Assembly (NCBI GenBank): GCA_951406725.2
Contig: OX597815.1
Coordinates: 210,490,001 to 210,554,000, forward strand
Reading direction: 5' to 3'
Origin: Octopus vulgaris
Taxonomy: Eukaryota
Length of the DNA stretch: 64,000 nt
In this document: piece after piece, positions 39,660 through 53,609 of the stretch
Layout of the letters: the number at the start of each line of letters is the position of its first letter
How positions within the stretch are numbered: position 1 is the stretch's first letter
Program-made: the position numbers and the translations under genes
The notes under the pieces: generated by a model
What the model was told of the DNA's origin: nothing
What the model saw: only the letters and a program-made list of their open reading frames with translations
The model's database searches: none

Positions 39660-40024
39660 CGCAAAACATCCGGACAAGTAGGTGATACAAAAAGGGACGA
39701 CAAAACATCAAAATAAACGATACAAAAAAAAAGACGAAGCTTTTTGTCCTCAGTAAAGGACCGGATCATCCTTACAATCCCGTCCTTGTTTTCGTATACA
39801 TTCGATGCTTTTTTTCCAAGCAATCTAATGCTCTTAGCTTAGTTTTTCTTTGGGGCTGGCCAGATTGGAGCAATCTCAAGATTAATCAGCCGAAATTGCG
39901 AGGATGATCCGGTTCTTGACTAAGGATAAAAAGCTTCGTATGACCCGTCCTTGTTATTTTGTATCGTCTATCTGGATGTGTTGTTGTCCCTTTTTGTATC
40001 ACCTAGTTGTTCGGATGTTTTGCG
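39660..40024. repeat. Inverted-repeat element beside (TA)n
   Basis: CGCAAAACATCC...AGGTGATACAAAAAGGGAC...CCGGATCATCCT is inverted at 39895-40024. Confidence 0.8.
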
Positions 40025-40185
40025 ACTGGTTAAAATTCTATTTACTTATTTGTGCATCTGATAATGGCACTGCATTTAACTTCATGTAAGGATTGCATTG
40101 TTCAATAAAATGAAGTCGCTTGAAACGGTCGTACTGCATCAATAATTGATACCCTGTTGCTTATTTTGATTATATATATATATAA

Positions 40186-40254
<69 letters not shown>

Positions 40255-41108
40255 TATGTGCGTGTGTGTGTGTATCAATTCATTTATACTGAAAAGCACT
40301 TATGCGCGCATTGCGTTTGCATATTGTATATCAGAGGAAAGTGCAACTATCTTCTTTATTTACGATTCTGTGCGTGTGTGCATATGTGTGTGTCTGTTGA
40401 TGTACGCACATGTGTGTTATGTATGTGTACATCTGTAACTGTATTTTATATGTCTGTGCGTGTAGGAGTGCATCTTTATCCCATTTTGCTACCTAATTCT
40501 TCAGAACCTATCGTTTTCTCACACAGTTTAATTTAAAGTTCCACATTATTTGTTGCTTCAAGCTAAACGGAAAATCGCGAGGCTTCTTCTGGGCAATTGG
40601 AAGACTGTAATCATCCACAACCTTTTATCACCAACTTGTTTTCAATTTCATTTTCATTCAAATGTAGCTCACTGAGGCATCGCGTAATATGCACAAGAGG
40701 AAGTTTCTAGTTTTTGTCGATATTGCATATATTGGACTGAATTAAATTACTCATACACTTCTTCTGTTATTTAGAACGTTTGCACCCGCTCGTCACCGCT
40801 GGCGTTCACACAGGAACACACACATTGTCATAACTACATAATATATAGTATATATACATATATATATACATACATATATATGCATCTACACATCACATAC
40901 AAATGCAAATACAACCACACTCTAATATATGAACTTATATATATATATACATACATATATATATATGTGTGTGTGTTTGTGTGTGTGTTTGTATGCATAT
41001 ATACATAAATACGTGCATATTTGTATACATATATACATACAAATATATATATATGTATATATATGCATGTTTATATATGTATATAAATATGTACGTAAAT
41101 ATATATAT

Positions 41109-41152
<44 letters not shown>

Positions 41153-41949
41153 ATATATATATATGTGTGTATATGTGTGTGTATGTGTAGTGTATGTGTG
41201 TGTGAACGCGCGCGCGTATAGTGATATACAGATTTAATAAATATATTTGTTTCGAAGCAAACATTTTAGGTCTGGTAGACGTAATATGCTGAAAGCATTT
41301 ATATGTAAGAATACAATTTGATTTATTCACTGATAATTTATCGTATTATCGGAAATGGGTGCCCGTAACATTTTGTTTTATGCCTACAACATAGAAAAAT
41401 CGCTCTCCTAATTTTGTATACTTACAAATGTTGCAAATATTTCTTACGCTATAACTCTATATATAATAATCACATAGTTGGATTAATGTCAGATTCAGTT
41501 CAATATGATATAATTGTGCATTGTTTAGAAAATGATTGTATCCTTCAGGTAGCATTGATTTTAAACGTCTTAACTTTTTTCTTGTTTTATCGCATATTTT
41601 TCTTTAAATTGTTTTATTGTTTGGGATTTAGGTTTGTGCGCTGTCATTGTATTAAAAAGAAGCATTGTGTGTCTGCGCGCCTGTGCGCGCTTCTTTGTTT
41701 GTGTGTTTGTGTGTGAACGTGTGTGTAGTATTTAAGCATATTATATATAAAATAGGAAGTGAAAAATTATCCGCACTGTCAACAAAGCTATGTTGGCTAC
41801 GTTGCCTTTAGCAACCTCATGCAAAAATGTAGTGCATTTGTGGTGAGATAACCGAGGTTTGACTTTGATTGCTCCAGTTTTTTTTTCTTTCTTGTGTTAT
41901 AAAATAAGAATGTCAGGTCTGCTGGTATTGTGCACTAGGGAAGAACTGA

Positions 41950-42357
41950 GATCGGTCAACCGATTTCTCTGAACTGAAGGTGTGTCAGGGTTTGAAATCC
42001 ATTACAGGCTTTCAGCAGATTATAGAAACTCCACTCTAACGTGTCGAAGTGTGAATGAATTAATATAGAAATTTTAAAATTGCCAGAGAAGCGTGAAGCA
42101 CGAAGAAGGTGTAAGACGTGAAGATCCAACACATTCGATAGAGGGTCCTTGTGAACTAACAAGTGACCCTACATGAGGTGGCAAGTTCTCTCTAAATTAG
42201 TTATGGTTCTGCATACGGAGTCATTCATTAAAAGTTTGGCTTCCAGAATGTCTGTGCGAGATGAGAGTACTGAAGCGATTAAGCGCAGCCGTGTGGAGTT
42301 AGATCGACGCTTGCTCGATCCCTACAAAGATGAAAGAGAATCTTTTGTTGAGAGATG
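41950..42357 (+). mobile_element. Mariner transposase relic
   Basis: VTLHEVASSL*ISYGSAYGVIH*KFGFQNVCAR (cf. GFxKVCARWVP). Confidence 0.65.
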
Positions 42358-42369
42358 ATATATATATAT

Positions 42370-42510
42370 AACTTAGCGGTTCGGCAAAATAGACCGATAG
42401 AAAAAGTACTAGGCTTACAAAGAATAAGTTCTGGGGTCGATTTGCTCGACTAAAGGCGGTGCTCCAGCATGGCCACAGTCAAATGACTGAAACAAGTCAA
42501 ACAGTAAAAC
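42370..42510 (+). mobile_element. SINE family A 3' fragment
   Basis: AACTTAGCGGTTCGGCAAAA...GGCGGTGCTCCAGCATGGCC...GACTGAAACAAG. Confidence 0.8.
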
Positions 42511-42666
42511 AGTATATATATACATATAAATATATACACATATATACATATCTATATACATATATATATGTGTGTGTGTGTGTGTGTACGTGTGCATGTA
42601 TATAAGCATCCATGTATGTATATATACATGAATACGTACCGGGTGTCCTAAAAGTCACTGATGTCA

Positions 42667-43073
42667 CTGTTCTCTTTTAGAGAGACTTAGTAATTTTAAT
42701 ATTTCTATTATTGAAAACAAGTGGATGTATTCCACCGAAACTAGGTAAATAAAACCATCGAACAGAGATTGTCAGAAGCGACACCTACTGGCTGGCTACG
42801 CTGCATTGAAAAGGGGCAATACCCCGAAACGCGTCTGTAGCTGCCGGTCAAGTAGTGTGGAGCGACTGACCTCCCTTGTTCGAAAGTTATATGGATACAG
42901 TTTGTGTATCAAATAGCTAACTTAAGGCGATGGCCTCATGGAGCTAATAAGCGGACAGCTTTATTCTTATTTTTATAAGAATGCCATATTAGTATGGCGA
43001 TAACTATTATTTTCCGGGAACGCTGCCGCTGTTCTCTTTTAGAGAGACTTAGTAATTTTAATATTTCTATTAT
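42667..43073 (+). mobile_element. 362-bp monomer plus 45-bp terminal direct repeat, carrying HHR-like motifs
   Basis: CTGTTCTCTTTTAGAGAGACTTAGTAATTTTAATATTTCTATTAT at 42667 and 43029; GCTGCA-TTGAAAA-GGGG-CAATA-CCCC-GAAA-CGCG-TC-TGTAGC at 42800-42841. Confidence 0.75.
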
Positions 43074-43084
43074 ATATATATATG

Positions 43085-43290
43085 TATGTATGTGTGTGTG
43101 TTTGCGTGTCTGTATTTGTCCCCCTATCATTGTTTGACAACCGATGCTGGTGTGTTTACGTCCGCGTCACCAAGCGGTTCGGCAAAAGAGACCGATAGAA
43201 TAAGTCCTGGGATCGATTTGCTCGACTAAAGGCGGTGTTCCAGCATGGCCGCAGTCAAATGACTGAAACAAGTAAGAGAGTAAAAGAGTA
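43085..43290 (+). mobile_element. SINE family A 3' half
   Basis: Homologous to ~47820-48040. Confidence 0.8.
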
Positions 43291-43702
43291 TAGAGCATAT
43301 TTTTGTTCTCATAGGGCATGTTGTCCTGTTATTATCGATCTTTTAACGTATTCAGTAAATTATGGCAATTATATAGAAAATATAAAATGCATGCTTTGTA
43401 GCTTGTGTTATTGCATCTGCTGGAAAATATATCAGTTTGTTACACATGGGATGAGATTTTTACATCAAAATAAGTTATACTAATTTGTAGATATTTTCTT
43501 TAATATTTAATTGCCTTTCAATAATTCATTTTAAATGAAGCTATAATTATTGTTAATGTAAATTCCAGATATTCCAAAAGCAATCATGGCTACACCTGTT
43601 CTTTAACTTATTATCATGTCGGAATTTAAAGTACCCCATGTTGAGTGGGTACACTACAAAAGTAGTAAGTGTTCAACGTTTCTTATGCAGGCTCAGGGTT
43701 TA

Positions 43703-43751
<49 letters not shown>

Positions 43752-43858
43752 ATATTTCGGAATGGTCATATTGCCAGTTTAGCCAATAAAAACACACGCA
43801 CTATATATATTTTGATTTTTATCGTTGCTAGCAATTGTCCAGACCTCTTTGTTATCGC

Positions 43859-43937
<79 letters not shown>

Positions 43938-45487
43938 ATACATACATATATATATATATTTATATATGCATATATATGTATATACATAAAATATTGGTAC
44001 ACTGAAGATGGCCAGTACTTATTCTAATGAGAGCAATGGAAAATAAATCAAAACTAATGTTTTCCATAGTTTTCTGAAGCTTTTGGTGCTTCCATGAAGA
44101 TCATATAATTTTATTGCAAAGCAATAAGGTAAGTTAAAATGTTGCAAAATTAGGGCTTACATGAACTGGATTAGTCAAAACTTGCAAACTCATGAAGTCT
44201 TTTCATTGTTTGTCGTTACATGAGACAGAGATTAACTTTTGAAACGCGCTGTGAACTGTGATCTACAGTGGTTCTTAAGTGATAACAAAGAGGTCTGGAC
44301 AATTGCTAGGCAACGATAAAAATCAAAATATATGCCAAAGCTGTCGATGAGACCTGCACATTTAAGCTTACTCTTATACCTGTCAATAATACATCCATAC
44401 TGAAACTGTTTAAGCTTGTAGTTATAATATGCAAGATTGTCCCCATACACATGATACTAAACCTTCGATTTGCAATGTTCATGTTGAGATTTATATGCTA
44501 TTAAAAGATCGGTAAGCACAATTAGTACATTTTCTGAACTAGTAACTGCTACATCTACAGAAGGTTACTGAAATGGCATGTTATTATCAATTTAGTTGGT
44601 TAAACGTTATTGCTTCATATAGATCAAAAATGATAATTCATATATAACACTATATTATTTTGGCATAAGGATTAAAATCAGTTTAAAATAATTTCTATAC
44701 TTCTGAAATAATTTTTACTCTTCCAATACATCCTTCCAGCGTTTTCAGAAATATTCTTTGATAGATGTATTGAATTTCAAGTTTTTTAATCCCAAAATCT
44801 CTGTTGTGAGATTAATATTTTACATCTTCGTATATTTAACGAAGTAAGTTTAGCAGAATGTCTTACATAATTTATATAATAACCTCTTGATGAAATGCAT
44901 TATAATGTTAGATCCCCAAAGTGTGGCTGAAATTATAATTACCGATTTGTAGCTCAATACCCCAATAAATCTATTAGTTAGATGGATCACTTGCTTCTTT
45001 ATCTTTCGTACATAAGATCATTACCTTTATCTGATAAAAAAAATGACGTATCGAGCAGATACTCAAAACATGAAACGTGTTTAAGAATCTGCTAAAGCGG
45101 ATGATTAAAAAATAAACATTTCTGAAGGGTGAATAATTGGCATTATCAGTGATGATCTTTTCAAATGAGATAGAGAATTCCAAGTCAAGAGTGGGGTTTA
45201 GTAGCTTTGTGTTATTAGGGCTCATAACTCTCTTTCCCTGAGCGTAATGAAAGAGATGAAATTAACATTTACTCTAGCCTTCCATACTAGTTAACAGTAT
45301 CAATGAAAATGTATTGTCCGCTATTTTTTGGCGAAATAGCTTTTTTCCTCACACATTTTTCAAGTTGAAGATTATGGAAAATGTCGAAAACTTCCCCGAT
45401 CTAGAATTCTTACCAGAAATCTCTAATGGTTCATGATGGACATCAGAAACATACTACCATGCATAGCCAAGTAGTGCTAGAATATGT

Positions 45488-45855
45488 ACTCTTCACTCTT
45501 TTACTCTTTTACTTGTTTCAGTCATTTGACTGCAGCCATGCTGGAGCCCAGTACTTATTCTATCGGTCTCTTTTGCCGAACCGCTAAGTGATGGGGACGT
45601 AAACACACCAGCATCGGTTGTCAAGCAATGCTAGGGGGACAAACACAGACACACAAACACATACACACCCATACATATATATACATATATTCGACAGGCT
45701 TCTTTCAGTTTCCGTCTACCAAATCCACTCACAAGGCATCAGTCGGTCCGGGACTATAGCAGAAGACACTTGCCCAAGATGCCACGCAGCGGGACTGAAC
45801 CCGAAACCATGTGGTTGGTTAGCAAGCTACTAACCACACAGCCACTCCTGCGCCT
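45488..45855 (-). mobile_element. SINE family A (internal deletion)
   Basis: Reverse complement of the 47598-48040 copy, lacking the GAATAAGTCCCGGGGTCG segment. Confidence 0.85.
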
Positions 45856-46538
45856 ATGTAGAGAGTAATAAATCTTTTCCCCTTTCTGTACAGTCTTTAT
45901 CTATCATTGCTCTGTTGAGTTATGATGTAAAATTGCTATAATAGGAAAACTAATTAGTGCTCCCAGATTAGAACATTGCAATAATGGTTCACATACAATA
46001 TTTCCTTCGTTTCAAGGTTATTATAAGGCTTGATGTGTAGTCAGCATGGACGGATGGCTGAGCGTATATATTTCCTTAATTATTTCTTCGCAAATTACTT
46101 CATATGTAACTGAAAGGGATGCGAAAAAAATGAAATGAAATGTATCGGTATAGGATTGAACTTAGTGTTTATTCTTTATAGAAGAACGTATACTCAAGTT
46201 TAATTACAAATTCGGTGTTAGATGAATCTGTCTGCAGCCACTACATCGTATTTAGAAGTCTCCTTACATCACAGGATTTGATACAATAATCACAAGAAAC
46301 ATAGTAGACTAGATTTCTTGATACTCTACCAGTACAAAAGGTGATCAAGAGTCGACAGAATTATTGTATGTTATTGCATTTGTTGTTGATTTCATTAATG
46401 TTTAGAGCAAATGTTTTCAACTCTTCAGTATCTTGGAAACGTTATTTACTTAAAATGTCTTGAACATAAAAAGCAATACTGAAGAAATATATAAAGCAGA
46501 TAAAATATTCACAAATGAGTTAGAGAAACGTTACTTTA

Positions 46539-46599
<61 letters not shown>

Positions 46600-46634
46600 T
46601 ATACATATATATATATGTATATATTATATATATA

Positions 46635-46684
<50 letters not shown>

Positions 46685-47597
46685 CGTTTCTTAAAGTTAT
46701 GATAGCTCTGCGGTATTTTCTTGTTTGTTTTCTGTTCATAATTATATTTAAAAAAAAGTACGCTTAAAATAATTTCAGTAAGTAAGCTAATTATCTATTT
46801 GAAGATTTCCCAGACAAAATACTTTCTATGCTCACCTCATCTACCACTATTGATACATAGTTAAGAAGTATAATTCAGACTGAAAATATATACACAAGTC
46901 TCGCTTTGATGCATTATGTACTTTTTTAATAGATCATAGATCCTAAATAATTTGGCAGGAATTACAGTAGCAATATTTTGCTATAGGTCATATGAAGAAT
47001 ATTTCGTAGAGATGTCTATCTTCTGCTTGTATTCTACAAGTTAACTCTTTTGCAACTAGACATAAATTGTGAAGCAATTGTAAAATACTGTGCTAAGAGA
47101 GTCATGAATGTCTGCTAATGGTTCTTCAAGAATCGTACAGGGAATCTGATTGAATAAAGTGACTAAGTAATCACTTAAAGATTTCAAAAGCCACTTCAAA
47201 CAAAGTATTGCTCTGAAGAAGCGATATCATTCTTGTTTGGATCATAATCAAGTATATCAAACATATCTTTTTTCACATTAATATCACTTTTTTTATTTTT
47301 TCATTAAAATTAATTTGCCTGATCATTTAATAGAATATTAATTATTAAACTAATTTTCACCGGAAGTGTCGAATACAAGAGCTGCTAAAATTTCCGCCGA
47401 TTTAACTTATTTTGACTCACGTCTTGTAACAGAGATTTCTAGGTTTAAATGAAAACTTCTATACTTCATCCAGCATGTCTACAGATCACCTTGTAGAATA
47501 TACAATATATAGAAATAGCAGTGTAAATGAAAGCCTAAATGTTCTTGTTATAAATTAATGTGTTTCATCTTCAGTCGAAAGAGACACAGGAAGAGAA

Positions 47598-47763
47598 GGC
47601 GCAGGAGTGGCTGTGTGGTAAGTAGCTTGCTTACCAACCACATGGTTCCGGGTTCAGTCCCACTGCGTGGCACCTTGGGCAAGTGTCTTCTACTATGGGC
47701 CTCGGGCCGACCAAAGCCTTGTGAGTGGATTTGGTAGACGGAAACTGAAAGAAGTCCGTCGTA

Positions 47764-47817
<54 letters not shown>

Positions 47818-48040
47818 TGTGTGTGTTTGTGTGTCTGTGATTGTCCCCCTAGCATTGCTTGACACCGATGCTGGTGTGTTTATGTCCCCGTTACTTAGCG
47901 GTTCGGCAAAAGAGACCGATAGAATAAGTACTGGGCTTACAAAAGAATAAGTTCCGGGGTCGAGTTGCTCGATTAAAGGCGGTGCTCCAGCATGGCCGCA
48001 GTCAAATGACTGAAACAAGTAAAAGAGTAAAAGAGTAAAG
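47598..48040 (+). mobile_element. Full-length SINE family A
   Basis: GGCGCAGGAGTGGCTGTGTGGTAAG...GGTTCAGTCCC...CCTTGGGCAAGTG...(TA)n(TG)n...(GTAAAAGA)n tail. Confidence 0.9.
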
Positions 48041-48739
48041 AGGAAGAGAAATACAGAAATAAGTGGGTGTAGATAAGTTGCAGTCATCGCAATAAAAATC
48101 TCTACAAAACAGATGACCACATGGTTGCATGCTTTAATAAATAGCATTCAAGTAAATATATATTACTGACGAATACTTAGCTAAAGCAGTGGTGTGAAAA
48201 TATGCTGGACCAAACAAAATTTCAAGAGCAATATGTGAGAGAAAATGTATAGCGGCTCTTTCCAGTCACACAATAAACAATATTTATATATTCTTTTTTA
48301 CTCTAGAAACAAGGCCCACAGTATTTATATATGGCGATTAAAATGTGCGCATTTTGTTTTCAGAATTAATATGTCTTTTCAAATTAATGTCAGCAAATTA
48401 GTTCGGGCCGAAAATGCAGTATCTAATGAATGCATGTATAGCAGTAGAATACAAATTATTCCTGTCTTCAATTAATGAAAGGAACACATATAAGGAATAT
48501 ATTCAGACAGCAGCAGAAGAATCAATTGATGGTCACTGAAATTCAGACAAAAGAACCAGTAATGAAAATGACTGTTGCAGCACTACCAGTCTAAGGATGG
48601 GCGTCGAGAAATATATTTGCGCCACACGAAATTGATCTTCTAATAAAAGAAACAGTGCCCACATAGTTATGGTAAAACCAGTGCCAGCAGGTCACAAAAA
48701 TGTGATTTTCCTCAGAACAGAATCAACCAGATATTCTTC

Positions 48740-48895
48740 TCTATTCTAGATACAAGGCTCGAAATATTGGGGGAGGGGGCCAGTCGATTAGATCGACCCA
48801 AGTACGCAAATGATGCTTAATTTATCGACCCCGAAAGGATGAAAAGCAAAGTCGACATCGGTGAAATTTGAACTCAGAAAATAAAGACATACGAA
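48740..48895 (-). mobile_element. SINE family B variant
   Basis: TTATCGACCCCGAAAGGATGAAAAGCAAAGTCGAC. Confidence 0.75.
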
Positions 48896-49621
48896 AAGAA
48901 CCAACCAGATATTCTAGGAGATACTCCCAGACTATCGTCTTATGACGTTAGAAACTGAAATTTGTGTCTTCTGATAAACCATTAAGGTGAGCAACACCTG
49001 CGTTCGACCAGGTCTGGAAGATAGGGAAATACGACCATTTGTTTTTCCTCAGATTTATTGTCTAATCGGAAAACTTAAAGCTGGGCGTAAATTGGTACTA
49101 GGCAAGAAAACAAAAGTACTCTTCCATAAACCCAAGAAAGATAAACCATTACTGACAACTACAGCAACAGTTTATAAACGAATAAACCATCACTTACCAG
49201 TACAGCTTCTATATCTTCATTAACTTTTATTTCAATTGTGCTTGATGCAGTCTGACTAGGCCATAGATTCTTATATAATTTCTTTTAATCTTATCTTCTA
49301 GCATTACCGTTTCTATATCTAACATGATATTAGTGTTTTAATTAAGTTTCCTCTCTTCAATGTTTTCTTGGCGCATGTTTTTACATGGAATATTATATCT
49401 GTTACCCTACTGAGTTCGTGCAGCGCTTGTGGGCATGATATTTTCTTTCCTAGTTTTACATTTTGTAACATATGTAGCGTACAATTAAGAACGGCTACAT
49501 GCACAAAATGGTTGATTGTTATACTATGACAGTTCTGTCTGATTCCTATTTGGTATACCAGGTTTTATAAAGGCGTTAGCATCTGGGAGAAACAAACTTA
49601 AGTATTTCCTATATAATGTAT

Positions 49622-50035
49622 ACTCTTACTCTTTTACTCTTTTACTTGTTTCAGTCATTTGACTGCGGCCATGCTGGAGCACCGCCTTTAATCGAGCAAA
49701 TCGACCCCGGGACTTATTCTTTGTAAGCCCAGTACTTATTCTATCGGTTTCTTTTGCCGAACCGCTAAGTAAAGGAGACGTAAACACACCAGCATCAGTT
49801 GTCAAGCAATGCTAGGGGAACAAACAGACACAAAAACACATACACATACATATATATATATATTCATATATACGACAGGCTTCTTTCAGTTTCCGTCTAC
49901 CAAATCCACTCACAAGGCTTTGATCGGCCCGAGGTTATAATAGAAGACACTTGCCCAAGGTGCCATGCAATGGGACTGAACCCGGAACCATGTGGTTGGT
50001 AAGCAAGCTACTTACCACACAGCCACTCCTACGCC
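49622..50035 (-). mobile_element. Full-length SINE family A
   Basis: Reverse complement of 47598-48040. Confidence 0.9.
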
Positions 50036-50425
50036 TTGTGTTACTTTATTTGGAATTCCCTCCATTTGTTTGTTTTTGATAATTACTCCATATTTTCAAA
50101 TTTTCTTATACAGGTTTCATGTGCCTGGCTCTAATTATTGATACCTTACTCACCACGTTTAATGTTTTTAAGATGCGGATGCATAAAGAGTTGGGAACTG
50201 TCAACATTTTTCTGGTGTCCAAAGACTGGCATGCAGAAACAAAGGCTCTTAGCTTTATTGTTTCAGGATATGGACTAAGTGGTTGTTAGTAACGGAACTT
50301 TATAGTCGCAGGCACCACCACCAAATAAACAGTTAAAGTGAAGATAGAAATGAATAATACGGCGAAATTTTGCCTAAATATCCTAAATAAACTCATACAC
50401 GACGTAAACTTATATATATGTACAT

Positions 50426-51030
50426 TAAGGCGGCGAGCTGGCAGAATCGTTAGCAGGCCGGGCGAAATGCTTAGCAGTATTTCGTCTGCCACTATGTTCT
50501 GAGTTCAAATTCCGCCTGGGTCGAATTTGCCTTGGATCCTTCCGCGGTCGATTAAATAAGTAGCAGTTACGCACTGGGGGTCAATATAATCGACTTAATC
50601 CGTTTGTCCGTCCTCTGTGTAGCCCTTTGGGGACAGTAAAGAAATAATAAACGTTAGCACGCCGGGCGAAATGCTCAGCAGTATTTCGTCTGCCGCTATG
50701 TTGTGAGTTCAAATTCCGCCGAGGTCGACTTTGTCTTTCATCTTTTTGAGGTCGATCAAATAAGTACCAGTTGCGCACTGGGGTCGATGTAATCGACTTA
50801 ATCCGTTTGTCTGTCCTTGTTTGTCCTCTCTGTGTTTAGCCTCTTGTGGGTAGTAAAGAAATAGGTATTTCGCCTGTCTTTATGTTCTGAGTTCAAATTC
50901 CACCTAGGTCAACTTTGCCTTTCATCCTTTCGGGGTCGATAAATTAAGCAACAGTTGCACACTGGGGTCGATCTAATCGAATTTCACCCTCCCCCAAAAT
51001 TTCGGCCCTTGTGCCTAGAGAAAGAAAAAA
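50426..51030 (+). mobile_element. Tandem cluster of three SINE family B units
   Basis: GAGTTCAAATTCC...CATCCTT...GTCGA..AAT.AAG.A.CAGTT.C.CACTGGGG at ~50500, 50705 and 50890. Confidence 0.85.
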
Positions 51031-51441
51031 GTATATATATGTACATATACATACATGCATGCATACACACACACACACTCACACACCCACACCCACACAC
51101 ACATATCATGGAGTCAATACATCTTTTTATGGGCTACTGATAGTTTCTTCTGCTGAGACCATGCCGAACAAAGTTTTATAACACGTCTGACATTTCGGCA
51201 CAGGCCACACGGCATAACGAACTAAAAGTTAAATGGTAAAAGAAACGAGAAAACGCAACGAGGATGTATATAGAAAAGGTGGAAGATTAAGGAACCGAAA
51301 AACCAAAAAGTAAAACGAAAAGATAAAAGAAGGAGGGAATCATCTCCCTTATAACGTAAATTATAAGGCTGGAAAAAATAGTGACAAAGCTTATGGTACA
51401 AATTAATCATGTATAGGAGAGACTTGCCAATTGTGTGTGTG

Positions 51442-51475
<34 letters not shown>

Positions 51476-52254
51476 CATTTACCTTAGAAGATTCCCCTTT
51501 TAAGATAAACTTCAAGGAATACATTACTTGAGTACAATTTTGTGTGTTCCACTCTTTCATGCTATCCAAGAATGAGGCGTCGTTTTGCCGTCTACCATAA
51601 CTGCCAACAACACCACTACTACTACAACCTCAACCGCTACAAGTGATACCAACACTACCACCAAAAACAAATCCAATTTTGCACTAGCTTTAAAAATAAA
51701 AAAATGACAATACTAAACCGCCACCGCCGTTGCCACTACCACCTCCGCCGCCACTATTTCCACCGCTACCGCCGCCACCACCATACTATACCTCTGCTCT
51801 CTCCTTTTGGCTACTAAATCTATTACCATATTTCACAAGTACCATCGCCATACAATATTGCCTTGAAAAGTTTGTGTTTGGATAATATTTTTTATGTATT
51901 AGTTGTGCAACAACTAAAGCATTCGGTTGTGCAAATTCTTTGCACGGGAAACCTTCCCTGTGTGGCGTATTTCCCGATTTTGTAAATTTGTTTTCGGGCT
52001 TTCTTAGCCATTTCTGTTTTGAGCATGGCGACTTTAAAGCCATGAAGTCGTCGGGGAAAAGGTCACTTGTCTCCCTGACAACGCTTACGACGTTGATTTT
52101 CCTACCCTGCCTTCACCACAGCTTCATGAAGGAGGGAAGGAGGGGAGGACCAACACAGGTGCAGGTGCGAGCATGGACGCCAACTCCGCCACCGACACAC
52201 GAAAAGATTGGAAGAACCCAGACGACAGCTTCACAGTCAAAGGACAACTCTGCC

Positions 52255-52570
52255 ACAAACACCACCACCATCACCACGACGACCAACACCACCACCACCA
52301 CCACCACCACCACCACTACCACTACCACCATGACCACCACCACCATCACCACTACCACCATCACCACCACCACCACTACCACCATGACCACCACCACCAC
52401 CATGACCACCACCACCACCACCATCATCATCACCACCACGAAGACCACCACGATCACCACCACGACCACCACCACGATCATCACCACCATCAACCACCAC
52501 CACCACCACCACCATCACCACCAACATCATCATCATCATCACCACCACCACCACCACCACCACCACCATA
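52255..52570. repeat. (CAC)n/(CAT)n trinucleotide repeat (also ~51600-51785)
   Basis: Direct inspection; source of the poly-T and poly-H ORFs. Confidence 0.95.
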
Positions 52571-52689
52571 TTAATTTGATTAATATGAATTGAAAACCAG
52601 TGGTGTAGCATAAAAGACCACAGCGGATCTTCTTCTGGCAAAAAGGATGACCACAAATTAATGGTTCATCCCTGTTATATAATACTTTC

Positions 52690-52962
52690 ATTTTAATAGT
52701 TTCAGTATTAAAATGAAAGTGTCTACATTACAATAGAGAGATGTTTTTGCTTCACTTTTAACACGTAATACTGAAATAGTGGAGAAGATATGATATTGCT
52801 GTGGGATCATCCTAGGGAAAAAGTTAACATTTTTTTTGCCGATGACACTCCCCGGACCTTAAGTAAGGCATGTGTAAAATGTGAATGAAATTGGTTGTGT
52901 AGTTTTCAAGTTTTAGGGAAACACACAAACAGACAGACTTCTCAGTTTTATATATATATAGA
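52690..52962 (-). mobile_element. Non-autonomous Helitron-like element (5' part)
   Basis: Minus strand starts A|TCTATATATATATAAAACTGAGAAGTCTGTCTG, resembling the 5' end of the element at 55814; no clear 3' CTAG. Confidence 0.55.
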
Positions 52963-53609
52963 TTACTATTATTATTGTTGTTGTTGCTGTTGTCTGATCC
53001 TGTGGACGCTGACGGCGCAGGCAAGGTTAGCATCTTGATGATTATATCGCATATATTGCACATTTATTTAAACAGCAACTAACTAATGTATACGGAATAT
53101 ATATATTCATGGAATTTAAATAAACGCATATATCAATTTAATTGAAATGAATCACACGTCGCATGCAGAAATCAACATATATCAGTCACTTAGATGCGAA
53201 TTAGATCACCAGAGATAATTGGAACTTCTTTCTCTAGATTATCTGATCAAAAATGCTATTCTGAGTAAACTCCAAGATCCTACCAAGAGAATAAGGAAAA
53301 ATCAAAAATCTCTTCCAAGTTTATAAACATATGAGAATTTTGTGGGAAAATAAGTTGATAGGATCTTAGTGTCTGTAAAATAGAATTTACTAAGAAAAAT
53401 GGGTTATTGATATACATGTTCACAACATAACTACATACATTAATTGGTTTTTAGAAGGTGTTGACGAATTTGCTTTTACACATAGATCTGGAATGTTTTT
53501 AATTTGCTATTCACTTGAGATGTACGCCTATTTTTTCTAATGAAAATAAATATCAGTAATAGCCTAATTTTCATAGGAACGCAAAAGTGTTAAGAGTAAG
53601 ACAGATATA

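Noticed and set aside
44400-48720. Possible further hAT transposase relics
   Set aside because: Too degenerate to identify by eye; needs a translated profile search.
50100-50290. Splice-acceptor-like TTTTCTTATACAG followed by a short open frame
   Set aside because: No recognisable protein similarity or matching donor; expected by chance in AT-rich DNA.
51940-52656. 217-aa ORF with poly-Thr/poly-His and overlapping ORFs
   Set aside because: Openness is explained by the (CAC)n repeat; no recognisable domain.
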